DNA of 64,000 bases from Myxococcota bacterium (GTDB taxonomy: Bacteria > Myxococcota > JACRCW01), in NCBI GenBank assembly GCA_040752415.1, contig JBFMGU010000007.1:1-64000 (forward strand), in the 5' to 3' direction. Under the pieces are notes generated by a model. It ran no database searches. It saw nothing but the letters and a program-made list of their open reading frames with translations, and was not told the origin of the DNA. Within the stretch, counting starts at the first letter, position 1. The number at the start of each line of letters is the position of its first letter. Below are positions 1-10,500 of the stretch, piece by piece. A program made the translations under genes and the position numbers.

Positions 1-582
1 CCGTCCCCACGACCTGCGCCTGCGAGCTCCATGTCATCATCCCCGCCCCCAGCAACGCCGCCCGCCAGCGCGCCGGCTGCCCCGTCCGGCGGGATGCGCA
101 CCATCACCGCGGTGGATCCTACCGGCGGCGTGGAGCAGCCCTACGCACCCGTGGATCCCGGCATGGCCGACGCGCGGGTGGCGCAGGCTCGGGCTCTGAA
201 GCTGCGTCGCAATCTCGCGGAAGAGGTTCGCGGTCGCGCGCGCACCGCGCTGGTGCTGGGCGCACTGGGCGGATTCTCCACGCTGCTCACGGTGGGCGCG
301 GGATACGTTGCCTTCCTGACGGCGGGCGCCGCGCTCTCGTCGGCACTGGCGTTCTGGTACTCGCGCGCCGTGCTCTCCGGGCCAGACGCGGGACGCCTGC
401 AGGCGCGTGAGCAGTGGCTGCTGGTGAACGTGTTCTCCCTGCCCGTGGCCCTCGGGTTCGTGGCGTTGTCGATGGTTTCCCTGGCGCTTTCCGGCGGCGC
501 GGGATTGTTCGCCGTGGCGTCGTTGCTCCGTCGTGAAGTGTTGCTCATCGAGAACCAGGCCGCGCTGGCCAACCCGGAGTGA
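1..582 (+). CDS. Membrane protein, probably 5'-partial (Pro-rich linker followed by hydrophobic Gly/Ala-rich helices)
   Basis: Frame is open from base 1 (PSPRPAPASS-MSSSPPP...). Several hydrophobic stretches. Stop lies 3 nt before the next ATG. Confidence 0.65.
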   Translation, partial: PSPRPAPASSMSSSPPPATPPASAPAAPSGGMRTITAVDPTGGVEQPYAPVDPGMADARVAQARALKLRRNLAEEVRGRARTALVLGALGGFSTLLTVGAGYVAFLTAGAALSSALAFWYSRAVLSGPDAGRLQAREQWLLVNVFSLPVALGFVALSMVSLALSGGAGLFAVASLLRREVLLIENQAALANPE

Positions 583-585
583 GGC

Positions 586-3456
586 ATGCCGAAATCCATG
601 CGAATGCTGGGACTGGTGGTGGTGTGCCTGCTGCTCGCCTGCCCGACGTATGATCCCGCGCCCGCGGCCGGCACCGACGGGGGAGAGCCGGGAACGCTGC
701 CGGTGGGCGCGCCGTGCTCCTCGTGGAACCAGTGCCTGACCCAGGCGTGCATCAGCGGGTTCTGCGTGCCGCAGGGCACGAGCACCAGCTCCTCCGCGGG
801 TGGCGCGTCCGCCACGTCGTCATCTGGCGCACCCGCCACGTGCGGCGACGGTGGTGGCTGTCCGGTGGGACAGGTGTGCAACGGGCAGGGGTTGTGTCGT
901 CCTCCAGGCTCCGCGTGCGTGGTCCGCGCGGATTGCGGCGCCACCGAGCTCTGCGACCCGATCTCCCGTCACTGCGCGGCGGTGGTGGCATGTGATGCGC
1001 TCCAGGGCTGCGGCCCGGGCCTGGTGTGCAATGCCGCCGGGACCTGCCAGCTCTCCGGTGAAGCGTGCTTTCCCGACGGGAGCGGCTGTGGCCTGACCGA
1101 GGTCTGCCACAAGGCCACGCTGCGCTGCGTGCCTCCCAACGGCGCCTGCGCGGTCACCACGGATTGCGGCGGTGAGCAGGTGTGCCAGGGCGGGCTGTGC
1201 ATCACGCTGCAGCGCTGCGGCGGCGACGCCGGGACCTGTCCCGCGGGGTTGCGGTGCAACCTGGTCACCGGGGTGTGCCAGCAGCCGCGCAGTCCCTGTG
1301 CGCCCGACGGAAGTGGCTGCGCGGAAGGGGAGCTGTGCCTGCCGCCGCTCTACCGCTGTGAGCCCACGCCCTCGTGCAGCGCGCAGGAGCCCACGTGTCC
1401 CGGCGGCACGGTGTGCAGCACGCAGCGGTCCCTGTGCCAACCCACCGGCCAGGCCTGTTCCACGACGGGAGAATGCGGCCTGGGTGAGGAGTGCAACGCC
1501 AACGTGTGCACCATGCCGGTGTGCCCGCCCGGGTGTCCCGCCGGCCTGGTGTGCAACGCGCAGCTGGGAAGGTGTCAGCCGCGTCGCGCCGCGTGCGGCC
1601 GCCACGCGGACTGCGGCGCCGGTGAGTTCTGCGACGTCACCTCGGGAACGTGTGTGGCGCTGGTGTGCTCCGCCCAGGCACCGGAGTGTCCCGCGGGCAT
1701 GGAATGCCGGGTGGCGGAGGGACTCTGTCAGCCGTTCATGGCCGCCTGCACCACGTCGGCGGATTGCGTGACGGGGGAGCAGTGCCTGGCGGGGGGAATC
1801 TGTCGCCGCAGCTGTGGCGGTGATGCCGGGTACTGTCCCATTGGGCAGGTCTGCAATCCCACCTACGACCTGTGCCAGGTGGTGCGCAGCACGTGCGAAG
1901 ACGCCGCGGACTGCGGCGTGGGGGAGACCTGTCACGACGACACCGGCACGTGCGAGCAGTCCTGCGTGACCGACGACGACTGCCTGCCTGGCTACGTGTG
2001 CAATGACACCTCGCGCTGCCAGCCGTCGGGTGGTCCGTGCGCGGGCGCCTCCGACTGCGGGCGCAGCGAGTACTGTGAATCCAACCGCTGCTCCCGCCCC
2101 AGCTGCACCGACGGGCTGCTCAATGGCACCGAGGTGGACCTGGATTGCGGCGGGTTGTGTCCCGGGTGCGCGGTGGGGAAGGCGTGCAATTCCCCGCTGG
2201 ACTGCGCGCCGCTGCTGCAGTGCCAGAACAACGTGTGCAGCATCAACCGCGGCCCGGTGCTCTGGTTCCATTTTGACGACGGGATTGGCGCCACGGCAAC
2301 GGATTCCTCTGGCGCGGGGAACAACGGGTTCCTGACCGGCTCACCGGTGCCCCCGTGGGTGGCGGGATGGAGCGGCCGCGCCCTGGAGTTTGCTGGCGGT
2401 CAGGTTGCCGTGGCCGACCATCCCTCGTTGCGCAACCCGCAGCTGACCGTGGAGGCGTGGGTCAAGCAGCGCAGCGACGTTGGCGGTCAGCAGTGGTTGC
2501 TGGGCAAGTGCTACCGGCGATTGGGGTTTGACGGGTACCGGCAGCCGCACGCCGTGCTGTACACCAGCGGCGCTGGGGAGACGCGGGTCACCGGCGGCGC
2601 CATACCCCTGGCCCCGGACCTCTGGCACCACGTGGCGCTGACCTGGGACGGAACGCAGAACCGGATCTTCGCCGACGGGGAGTTCGTGGGCTCGTCGGCG
2701 CAGGTGCCGGGGGACTTGTATGATCAGAACTACGCGCTGTTCATTGGGCGGGACCCCTGCGACGGCTACCCGCTCTACGGCGTGATCGACGAGGTGCGCA
2801 TCTACAACTACGCGCGCACTCCCGAGCAGGTCCGCGAGGACGCCACCCTGCTCCTGCACCTGCGCTTTGACGACGGAGCGGGACACGTGGCGCTGGATGA
2901 GGCCTACAACGGCAACGACGCGCTGCTCACCGAGGGCATCTTCGAGCCGGGCGTGACCGGCACCGCGGCGCGGTTTGACGGCACCAACACCGGCGAGGTG
3001 CGGAACAATCCCGGGATGATGGTGATGTCGCGGGTGACGGTGGAGGCCTGGGTGCGGGCCTTGCCGCAGACCGCGTCCGTGCACCTGCTCTCCAAGGCCA
3101 TCGACGGGACCGCGGCCACCTACGGTTTCACCAGCCAGGCCAACAGCACCGGCGTGGTCTTCTTCCTGACCCTGGACAACGTGGTGGTGAGCTCCCCGGA
3201 GATTGCCGGTGCGCTCGACGGTACCTGGCACCACGTGGCGGGCAGCTACAACGGCACGGAGGTCGAGGTGTACCTGGACGGCATGCTGTACGCGATCACG
3301 CCCGCCACGGGCGCGCTGAACACCGGCGAGGGGAACTTCCGGCTGGGCGCCGGCCCCGACGGAGTGGCCGGCTTCAACGGATTGCTGGACAACGTGCGCG
3401 TCTACAACCGCTACGTGGCGGCCACGGACGTCCGCGCGCACGTGCTGGTTCCATGA
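586..3456 (+). CDS. Cys-rich repeat lipoprotein with two C-terminal LamG/concanavalin-like domains
   Basis: Lipobox LLLAC; many C-x-C repeats; LamG hallmarks TVEAWV, WHHVALTWDG/WHHVAGSYNG, GVIDEVRIYN/GLLDNVRVYN. Confidence 0.88.
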   Translation: MPKSMRMLGLVVVCLLLACPTYDPAPAAGTDGGEPGTLPVGAPCSSWNQCLTQACISGFCVPQGTSTSSSAGGASATSSSGAPATCGDGGGCPVGQVCNGQGLCRPPGSACVVRADCGATELCDPISRHCAAVVACDALQGCGPGLVCNAAGTCQLSGEACFPDGSGCGLTEVCHKATLRCVPPNGACAVTTDCGGEQVCQGGLCITLQRCGGDAGTCPAGLRCNLVTGVCQQPRSPCAPDGSGCAEGELCLPPLYRCEPTPSCSAQEPTCPGGTVCSTQRSLCQPTGQACSTTGECGLGEECNANVCTMPVCPPGCPAGLVCNAQLGRCQPRRAACGRHADCGAGEFCDVTSGTCVALVCSAQAPECPAGMECRVAEGLCQPFMAACTTSADCVTGEQCLAGGICRRSCGGDAGYCPIGQVCNPTYDLCQVVRSTCEDAADCGVGETCHDDTGTCEQSCVTDDDCLPGYVCNDTSRCQPSGGPCAGASDCGRSEYCESNRCSRPSCTDGLLNGTEVDLDCGGLCPGCAVGKACNSPLDCAPLLQCQNNVCSINRGPVLWFHFDDGIGATATDSSGAGNNGFLTGSPVPPWVAGWSGRALEFAGGQVAVADHPSLRNPQLTVEAWVKQRSDVGGQQWLLGKCYRRLGFDGYRQPHAVLYTSGAGETRVTGGAIPLAPDLWHHVALTWDGTQNRIFADGEFVGSSAQVPGDLYDQNYALFIGRDPCDGYPLYGVIDEVRIYNYARTPEQVREDATLLLHLRFDDGAGHVALDEAYNGNDALLTEGIFEPGVTGTAARFDGTNTGEVRNNPGMMVMSRVTVEAWVRALPQTASVHLLSKAIDGTAATYGFTSQANSTGVVFFLTLDNVVVSSPEIAGALDGTWHHVAGSYNGTEVEVYLDGMLYAITPATGALNTGEGNFRLGAGPDGVAGFNGLLDNVRVYNRYVAATDVRAHVLVP

Positions 3457-3490
3457 ACGGTTGACGACATTTTCTCGACGAGGGGGAGAC

Positions 3491-6361
3491 GTGCACACCA
3501 CTTTCCGCGCGAACACCGTCCTGCTGCTGTCCCTGCTTGCCGTCCACGCCTGCGGCCCCTGCGGCCAGGTCACGACCGGCGGGGAGGAGGAAACGCCCGA
3601 CGCCCGCGTGACGTTGGATGCGTCGGTTGTTGACGCGGCCCGCCCGGACGCCGCGCCCGTGACCGACGCCGCCAGTGCGGTTGACGTAGGCGCTCCCGAC
3701 GCCACCATGCCCACGGATGCGTCCGCGCCCGGGGATGCCGCAGTGGGTACCGACGCCGGCACCTTCGACGCCGCGGTGAGCTCCGACGCCGGTTCCGCCG
3801 ACGCGGCGACGTCCCTGGTCATCGGGCAGCGACGGGAGCCGGTCCGCATCCGCGTCCACGTGGTGGCGGACGACGTATTTGGCGGGCTGGTCCGGGGCTG
3901 GAATTCGTTCACGCAGGGGGTCCAGCAGGCCGTCCAGGCTGTGGGCCAGGCGGTGCATGACGCCGTGGAAACGGTCCACAACTGGGTCTCCCCACATGAA
4001 TCTCCGCCCACCGACGACAACGGGTACGCGGAGATGGAGGTGTACGACGAGGGACCCGTCATCCTGACCGCCGGGGACGGCACGTTCAACGAGGAGGCAA
4101 GCGACTCGGACACCACGCTGGCGTCGTCACAGGAGGGGCCGCTGCGCGACGGCACCCTGAGCACCTGGGTTGAACCCACGCCCGACCAGGAGGTCTACAT
4201 CACCCCGGCGTCCACCATTGCTGCCGCGGCCACCACCAACGTGGTCAGCCCCAACGGCGGAACCATCATCGGCAACAACGGGAGCGGCATCGTCGGCAAC
4301 AATGGCGGCGGCCTGGCGTGGACTCCGCAAGTGGTTGGCAACAACGGTGGCTCGATCATCGGCAACAACGGCGGCAGCTTCCGGCGCTACGTGGGCAGCG
4401 GTGCCTCCGTGGACGTGCTCGACTCCGATGACAACACCACGACGCTCAACAGCTGCAATCCCCACCTGACCTACCTCTACCTCGAGTGGGGCGTGGAGGA
4501 GCCGGACGGCTACAGCGCCTGCCCTACCTCACTCCCGGTCTGCAGCCTCGTCGACGCGGACAGCGCGGGGACGCTCGACCCCGCCGATCCGTGCACCCGA
4601 CTCGGGTTGTTGCACGCCGCCTTCTCCCAGCTGGCGGTGAACCTGGGCCTGGCCAACCAGATGGAGCTCATTGATGCCCTCAAGCGGGATTTCGCCGACG
4701 GGCGCTTTGACGGAAAGACCATCGGTCCCGACGGACTGCTCGCGGATGTGTACCTGCCCACCGGCGTCATGCTGACCGGTGACGTCGCCACCACGCAGCT
4801 GGCCAACGCCGCGCGGGACTTCCTCAACAGTTCCTACAACCTGTCCGGGCTGACGGCCGCCGACTTCACGGACATGCTGGCGCGGATGGAGACCACGGAG
4901 ACCAGGCTGGCGGATTCCGAGCTGCCCTTCGTGGAAGCATTGGAGACCACCGTTCCCATGCCGCTGGGTTGCGCACCCCTCCGCTACACCCTCCGTCAGC
5001 CCGGCGGTCGGCGCGTGGACATCCAGGTCGAGTACGACGACGGAAGCGGCTTCTTCCAGCCGGCCACGCGCGCGGGTGTGGATCCCCGCGTCACGTACCT
5101 GGGGACGCGCGGGGCCGGCACCCGTCGACTCACCACCGGCGTGACCGTGGGCGAGCCCCACGTGTTCTGGTGGAACAGCACCAAGGACGTGCCCAACGCC
5201 GAGAACGCCGCCAACCCCATCACCGTGCGCGTCTCCGCGTTCCTCGACGGGCGGCTCTCTCCCCACAGCCGCACCGTGCAGATGACCTTCAACCGCTCAC
5301 CGGGCAACGCGTGCAACGAGGTCCACGGCGGAGTGTTCACGCTGCCGGATTTCACCGCGCCGCGGATTGCCGTCGGCGATGTCAATGGCGACGGAGCGCT
5401 GGACCTGGTGACGGTCAGCGGCAACACGCCCGGGCAGATTGGCGTGATGTGGGGCTTGGGGACCGGTGAGTTCTACTTCCAGCCCTTCGCCACCGAGCCC
5501 AATCCCATCGCGCTGGCGGTGGGGGACTACGACGGCGACGGTCTCTCCGACGTGGTGGTGGGGGCCATTCCCTCACCGGGAGAGAGCAACGTGGTGGTCT
5601 ACCGGAGCACGGGCGACGGTCTGGAGGAGGTGGACAACCGCACCACCTGGGCGGGCCTCACCGACGTGGCGCTGGGCGACATCACCGGCGACGGCAACCT
5701 GGACATCGTGGCCAGCTGCCGGACCGCCAACAAGGTCATCTTCTACACGGGCATCGGCAACGGTCAGTTCTCGGTGGAGTGGTGGATGGCAACCGACGCC
5801 AACGCGGTGGACCTGGCGCTGGGCGACGTCACCGGCGACTTCCGCCCCGACGTGGTGGTGGCCCACGGTGACGGTCCGGTGGACATCTTCAACGTCCCCG
5901 AGGACACCCTCACCCGCACCACCACCAACCTCGTGGGCTTTGACCGCCTCGCGTTCATCGACATCGACCGCAACGGTCGCCACGACCTGCTTTCCGCTTC
6001 CAACTCGCAGCTCACCTCCACCAGTGTCGACGTCCTGACGCCGGAGCTAACGTTTGACCGCGGGTCCGCCTACCCGTTCCTCACCGAGGTCCCGGTGGCA
6101 GTGGCCCCCATCAACTCGGAGGGCGGTGCCGTCCCCGACTACGTGGTGGCGACGTTGAGCGGCGAGGTGCACCGGATCTACTCGTCGGAGACCGAGGACC
6201 TGAGCTTCTCGTCAGGCTCGCCGTTCATCGTGGATCCGCAGGTGCGGGACGTGGTGACGGGGGACTTTGATTCCGACGGTCTGCTCGACGTGGCGGTGTC
6301 CCACGGGACGGGCAGGATCACCTCGCTGCACAACACCGGGTTCTCCTTCAGCCTGGAGTGA
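3491..6361 (+). CDS. Exported or lipoprotein FG-GAP/VCBS repeat protein
   Basis: GTG at 3491 follows GGGGGAG; signal/lipobox-like LLAVHAC; DAG/DAA linker; repeats GDVNGDGALDL, GDYDGDGLSDV, GDITGDGNLDI, GDFDSDGLLDV. Confidence 0.85.
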   Translation: MHTTFRANTVLLLSLLAVHACGPCGQVTTGGEEETPDARVTLDASVVDAARPDAAPVTDAASAVDVGAPDATMPTDASAPGDAAVGTDAGTFDAAVSSDAGSADAATSLVIGQRREPVRIRVHVVADDVFGGLVRGWNSFTQGVQQAVQAVGQAVHDAVETVHNWVSPHESPPTDDNGYAEMEVYDEGPVILTAGDGTFNEEASDSDTTLASSQEGPLRDGTLSTWVEPTPDQEVYITPASTIAAAATTNVVSPNGGTIIGNNGSGIVGNNGGGLAWTPQVVGNNGGSIIGNNGGSFRRYVGSGASVDVLDSDDNTTTLNSCNPHLTYLYLEWGVEEPDGYSACPTSLPVCSLVDADSAGTLDPADPCTRLGLLHAAFSQLAVNLGLANQMELIDALKRDFADGRFDGKTIGPDGLLADVYLPTGVMLTGDVATTQLANAARDFLNSSYNLSGLTAADFTDMLARMETTETRLADSELPFVEALETTVPMPLGCAPLRYTLRQPGGRRVDIQVEYDDGSGFFQPATRAGVDPRVTYLGTRGAGTRRLTTGVTVGEPHVFWWNSTKDVPNAENAANPITVRVSAFLDGRLSPHSRTVQMTFNRSPGNACNEVHGGVFTLPDFTAPRIAVGDVNGDGALDLVTVSGNTPGQIGVMWGLGTGEFYFQPFATEPNPIALAVGDYDGDGLSDVVVGAIPSPGESNVVVYRSTGDGLEEVDNRTTWAGLTDVALGDITGDGNLDIVASCRTANKVIFYTGIGNGQFSVEWWMATDANAVDLALGDVTGDFRPDVVVAHGDGPVDIFNVPEDTLTRTTTNLVGFDRLAFIDIDRNGRHDLLSASNSQLTSTSVDVLTPELTFDRGSAYPFLTEVPVAVAPINSEGGAVPDYVVATLSGEVHRIYSSETEDLSFSSGSPFIVDPQVRDVVTGDFDSDGLLDVAVSHGTGRITSLHNTGFSFSLE

Positions 6362-6367
6362 CGCAGC

Positions 6368-7528
6368 TCAGCGCTTCCGACGCCACGCCGTCACACCGAG
6401 CCACACCATCAGCAGCAATCCCACCGGCGCGCCCTGGGAGGGCACGTGGCTCGCGCTGCAGTTGTTCCCGTCGTCGGGAGGCGGCTCGTCGTCGCCGGTG
6501 CCGCCGGAAGAGGAGGAGCTGCCGGAGGACCCGGGCACGGGCTCGTCGCAGAAGGTGGAGTCCTGGGAGGCGGCGGGGCAGAACAGGCGGGAAGCCTCCA
6601 GCGCGCCGGTGGCGAAGTAGATGCGACAGAACACGTTGTCCGATTCCGTGGCCGCGGGGCTGCCTTCCTCCGGGAAATCCGCGCAGGTGCTGAGGCACGC
6701 CACCCGGTCCGCGTAGATGGCGTTGGTGCCGGAGCACGCCACGGCCACCAGGTCGCAGTAGTAGTCGCAGGGGTTGCCGCACACGCCGCCACCGCCGGGA
6801 CCCGCGTGCTCACAGTGCGTCGCGGGGTCGGAGGCGGCCGCCTGCGCATGGTAGCTGCGACACGCCAGCGAGTTGCCCGTCTGGTCACCCGCCTGTCCCG
6901 CCGCCATGACGTATTGGCAGCCCAGCCAGCAGATGTCGCGTTGCTCGTACTGCTGGTTGGCGCCGGTGCAGTTCTCCATGACGGTGTCGCAGTAGTCGTC
7001 GCACGGTGTGCGGCCGCCGCTGGAAGAGCCCGACGACGACGCGGAGCTGCTGGACGAGGAGGTGCCGCCGCCCGACGAGGAGCTGCCGGAGGAGGACGAG
7101 CTGGACGACGACGCGCTGCTGGACCCCGACGAGCTGGAGGAGGCGGGAGCGCAGTCCTGGTTGGTGTGGGTCGCCGGGAACTGGAGCGCGTCGCCGGGCT
7201 TGGTGATGCCTTCCGTGTGTTCGGGGGTCTGTCCGTAGGTCCACCGGCCACAGGGGTCACCCAGCTCTTCGCCGTTGGTGAAACCGTCGTTGTCGGCGTC
7301 CAGGTTGTAGAGCGCGGCCCAGTCCGGATAGCCGCCGGTGCGATGCTCACGACTCTGGTCGCCAAACGAGGTCCGCGGTCCACCTCCCAGCGCGGTCACG
7401 TGGCAGTTGGTGCAGCTGTTGACGGTGCCGTTGGGAATCCGCGCGGGATAGACCGAGTAGGCCGCCGCCGACGACGGAAACCACGTCAGCAGCACCGGGA
7501 TCAATGTCCATTTCACGTGCATCTTCAT
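6368..7528 (-). CDS. Secreted temptin-like/CxxCH domain protein with two Cys-rich repeats and a MYXO-CTERM-like tail
   Basis: Signal peptide (SSAAA|Y); IPNG...CTNCH...DADNDGFTNGEELGDPC..W...PG; Ser linker; two C..YC repeats; C-terminal Cys, hydrophobic stretch and RRKR. Confidence 0.8.
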   Translation of the reverse strand: MKMHVKWTLIPVLLTWFPSSAAAYSVYPARIPNGTVNSCTNCHVTALGGGPRTSFGDQSREHRTGGYPDWAALYNLDADNDGFTNGEELGDPCGRWTYGQTPEHTEGITKPGDALQFPATHTNQDCAPASSSSSGSSSASSSSSSSSGSSSSGGGTSSSSSSASSSGSSSGGRTPCDDYCDTVMENCTGANQQYEQRDICWLGCQYVMAAGQAGDQTGNSLACRSYHAQAAASDPATHCEHAGPGGGGVCGNPCDYYCDLVAVACSGTNAIYADRVACLSTCADFPEEGSPAATESDNVFCRIYFATGALEASRLFCPAASQDSTFCDEPVPGSSGSSSSSGGTGDDEPPPDDGNNCSASHVPSQGAPVGLLLMVWLGVTAWRRKR

Positions 7529-7562
7529 GCCGAGCTCCAGGGATCCATCCCCCCTGCGTCCT

Positions 7563-10500
7563 TCAGTTGCGACAGCAGGGTATCTCCAGCACCGTGCTGG
7601 GACAGCTGGTGGTGGCCTTGGCGCTCACCGAGCTGCCATTGACGGTGACGCGGAAGCCCGCGGCCAGGTGGCCGGTGTTGTAGCTCCAGTTGATGCAGTC
7701 GCAGTTGCTCTGACCGCACGCGGTGGCGTCGGCGGTGGTCCAGAAGGCCTTGCTCAGACCCTGGAAGTCACCCTGCGCCGCCGCCGTTTGCAGCTCCGCG
7801 TACGTGCAGAAATGCGAGGCCCCGTACGTGCTGGAACACACCGCGCCGGCGCCCTGCGCGCCGCCACCACCGTACGGCCACGGGCTGGCGGTGGCGCCCA
7901 GCGAGCCCAGGTAGATGGGCGGCGCGCGACAGGTGGTGCCGTTGCACTGTAGCGGGTTGGTGCAGTCCGCGTTGTCGCCGGAGTCACACGCGCCGCCGGT
8001 GGCGGACTGCGTGGTGCACGACCCGCCGATGCACGTGTTCACGCACTGATTGTTGGCGGAGCAGTTCTGGCCGTTGTTGCGCTTGCAGGTGGTGCTGACG
8101 CAGGTGTTGCCCGCGGCGCAGTCCACGGAGTCATTGGTGTCACACGTGCCAAGCGTGGCGGACACGGTGGAGCACGTCAGCGAGATGCACGTGTTCACGC
8201 ACTGGGTGTTGGCGGTGCAGGCCTGGCCGTTGTTGCGCAGACACGCATTGCCCACGCAGGTGTTGTTGGCCTGACAGTCAACGGAGTCGTTGGTGTCGCA
8301 CGCGCCATTGGTGGCGGACGCGGTGTTGCACGCCCCGCCGATACACGTGTTCACGCATTGGTTGTTGGTGGTGCAGGCCTGCCCGTTGTTGCGCAGGCAC
8401 GTGGTGCCCACGCAGGTGTTGTTGGCCTGGCAGTCGTTGGAGTCGTTGCTGTCGCAGGCGTTGTTGGTGGCCGACGCGTTGCTGCACACGTTGCCGATGC
8501 AGGTGTTCACGCATTGGTTGTTCGCCGTGCAGGCCTGGCCGTTGTTCCTCAGACAGGTGGTGCCGACGCAGGTGTTGTTGGCCTGGCAGTCCACGGAGTC
8601 ATTGCTGTCGCACGCGGCGTTGGTGGCCGAGGCATTGCTGCACACGTTGCCGATGCAGGTGTTCACGCACTGCGTGTTGGCGGTGCAGGCCTGGCCGTTG
8701 TTCCGCAGGCACGTGGTCCCCACGCAGGTGTTGCCCGTGGCGCAGTCGGTGGAGTCGTTGGCGTCACACGTGGCGCCGGTGGCGGAGGCGTTGCTGCACA
8801 CGTTGCCGACGCATGTGTTCACGCATTGGTTGTTCGCCGTGCAGGCCTGGCCGTTGTTCCTGAGACACGTGGTGCCCACGCAGGTGTTGTTGGCCTGGCA
8901 GTCATTGGAGTCGTTGTTGTCGCACGCAGCATTGGTGGCCGACGCGTTGTTGCACGCGTTGCCAATGCAGGTGTTCACGCATTGGTTGTTCGCGGTGCAG
9001 GCTTGCCCGTTGTTGCGCAGACACGCGGTGCCGACGCAGGTGTTGTTGGCCTGGCAGTCGTTCGAGTCGTTGTTGTCGCAGGTGTTGTTGGTGGCAGAGG
9101 CGTTGCTGCACACGTTGCCGATGCAGGTGCTCACGCATTGATTGTTCGCGGTGCATGCCTGGCCGTTGTTGCGCAGACACGTGGTGCCGACGCAGGTGTT
9201 GTTCGCCTGGCAGTCATTCGAGTCATTGCTGTCGCAGGTGTTGTTGGTGGCCGAGGCGTTGCTGCACACGTTGCCGATGCAGGTGTTCACGCACTGGTTG
9301 TTCGCGGTGCAGGCCTGCCCGTTGTTCCGCAGACACGTGGTCCCGACGCAGGTGTTCCCCGCGGCGCAGTCGGTGGAGTCGTTGGCGTCGCACGTGGTGT
9401 TGGTGGCGGAGGCGTTGCTGCACACGTTGCCAATGCACGTGTTCACGCATTGATTGTTCGCCGTGCAGGCCTGGCCGTTGTTCCTGAGACACGTGGTGCC
9501 GATGCAGGTGTTGTTGGCCTGGCAGTCATTGGAATCGTTGCTGTCGCACGCAGCATTGGTGGCCGACGCGTTGTTGCACACGTTGCCGATGCAGGTGTGT
9601 ACGCATTGGTTGTTCGCGGTGCAGGCCTGGCCGTTGTTCCGCAGACACGTGGTCCCGACGCAGGTGTTCCCCGCGGCGCAGTCGGTGGAGTCGTTGCTGT
9701 CGCAGGCGTTGTTGGTGGCGGAAGCGTTGCTGCACGCGTTGCCAATGCACGTGTTCACGCACTGGTTGTTCGCGGTGCAGGCCTGGCCGTTGTTGCGCAG
9801 GCACGTGGTCCCGACGCAGGTGTTGTTGGCCTGGCAGTCATTGGAATCGTTGTTGTCGCACGCGGCGTTGGTGGCCGACGCGTTGTTGCACACGTTGCCG
9901 ATGCAGGTGTTCACGCACTGGTTGTTCGCCGTGCAGGCCTGGCCGTTGTTCCGCAGACACGTGGTCCCGACGCAGGTGTTCCCCGCGGCGCAGTCGGTGG
10001 AGTCGTTGGCGTCGCAGGCGTTGTTGGTGGCGGAAGCGTTGCTGCACACGTTGCCAATGCAGGTGTTCACGCATTGATTGTTCGCCGTGCAGGCCTGGCC
10101 GTTGTTCCTCAGACACGTGGTGCCGACGCAGGTGTTGTTGGCCTGGCAGTCATTGGAATCGTTGTTGTCGCACGCGGCGTTGGTGGCCGACGCGTTGTTG
10201 CACACGTTGCCAAGGCAGGTGTTCACGCACTCGGAGTTCGTCGTGCACGCCTCGCCGTTGTTGCGCCGACACGTGGTGCCCACGCAGGTGTTGCCCGCCG
10301 CGCAGTCGGTGGAGTCGTTGCTGTCGCAGACGCCGTTGGTGGCCGAGGCGCCAGCGCACACGTTGCCGACGCAGGTGTGGACGCACTGGCTGTTTGCCGC
10401 GCAGGCCTGGCCGTCGTTGCGCAGGCAGGTGGTGCCCACGCAGGTGTTGCCCGCGGCGCAGTCGGTGGAGTCGTTGGCGTCGCAGGTGCCGTTGGTGGCC

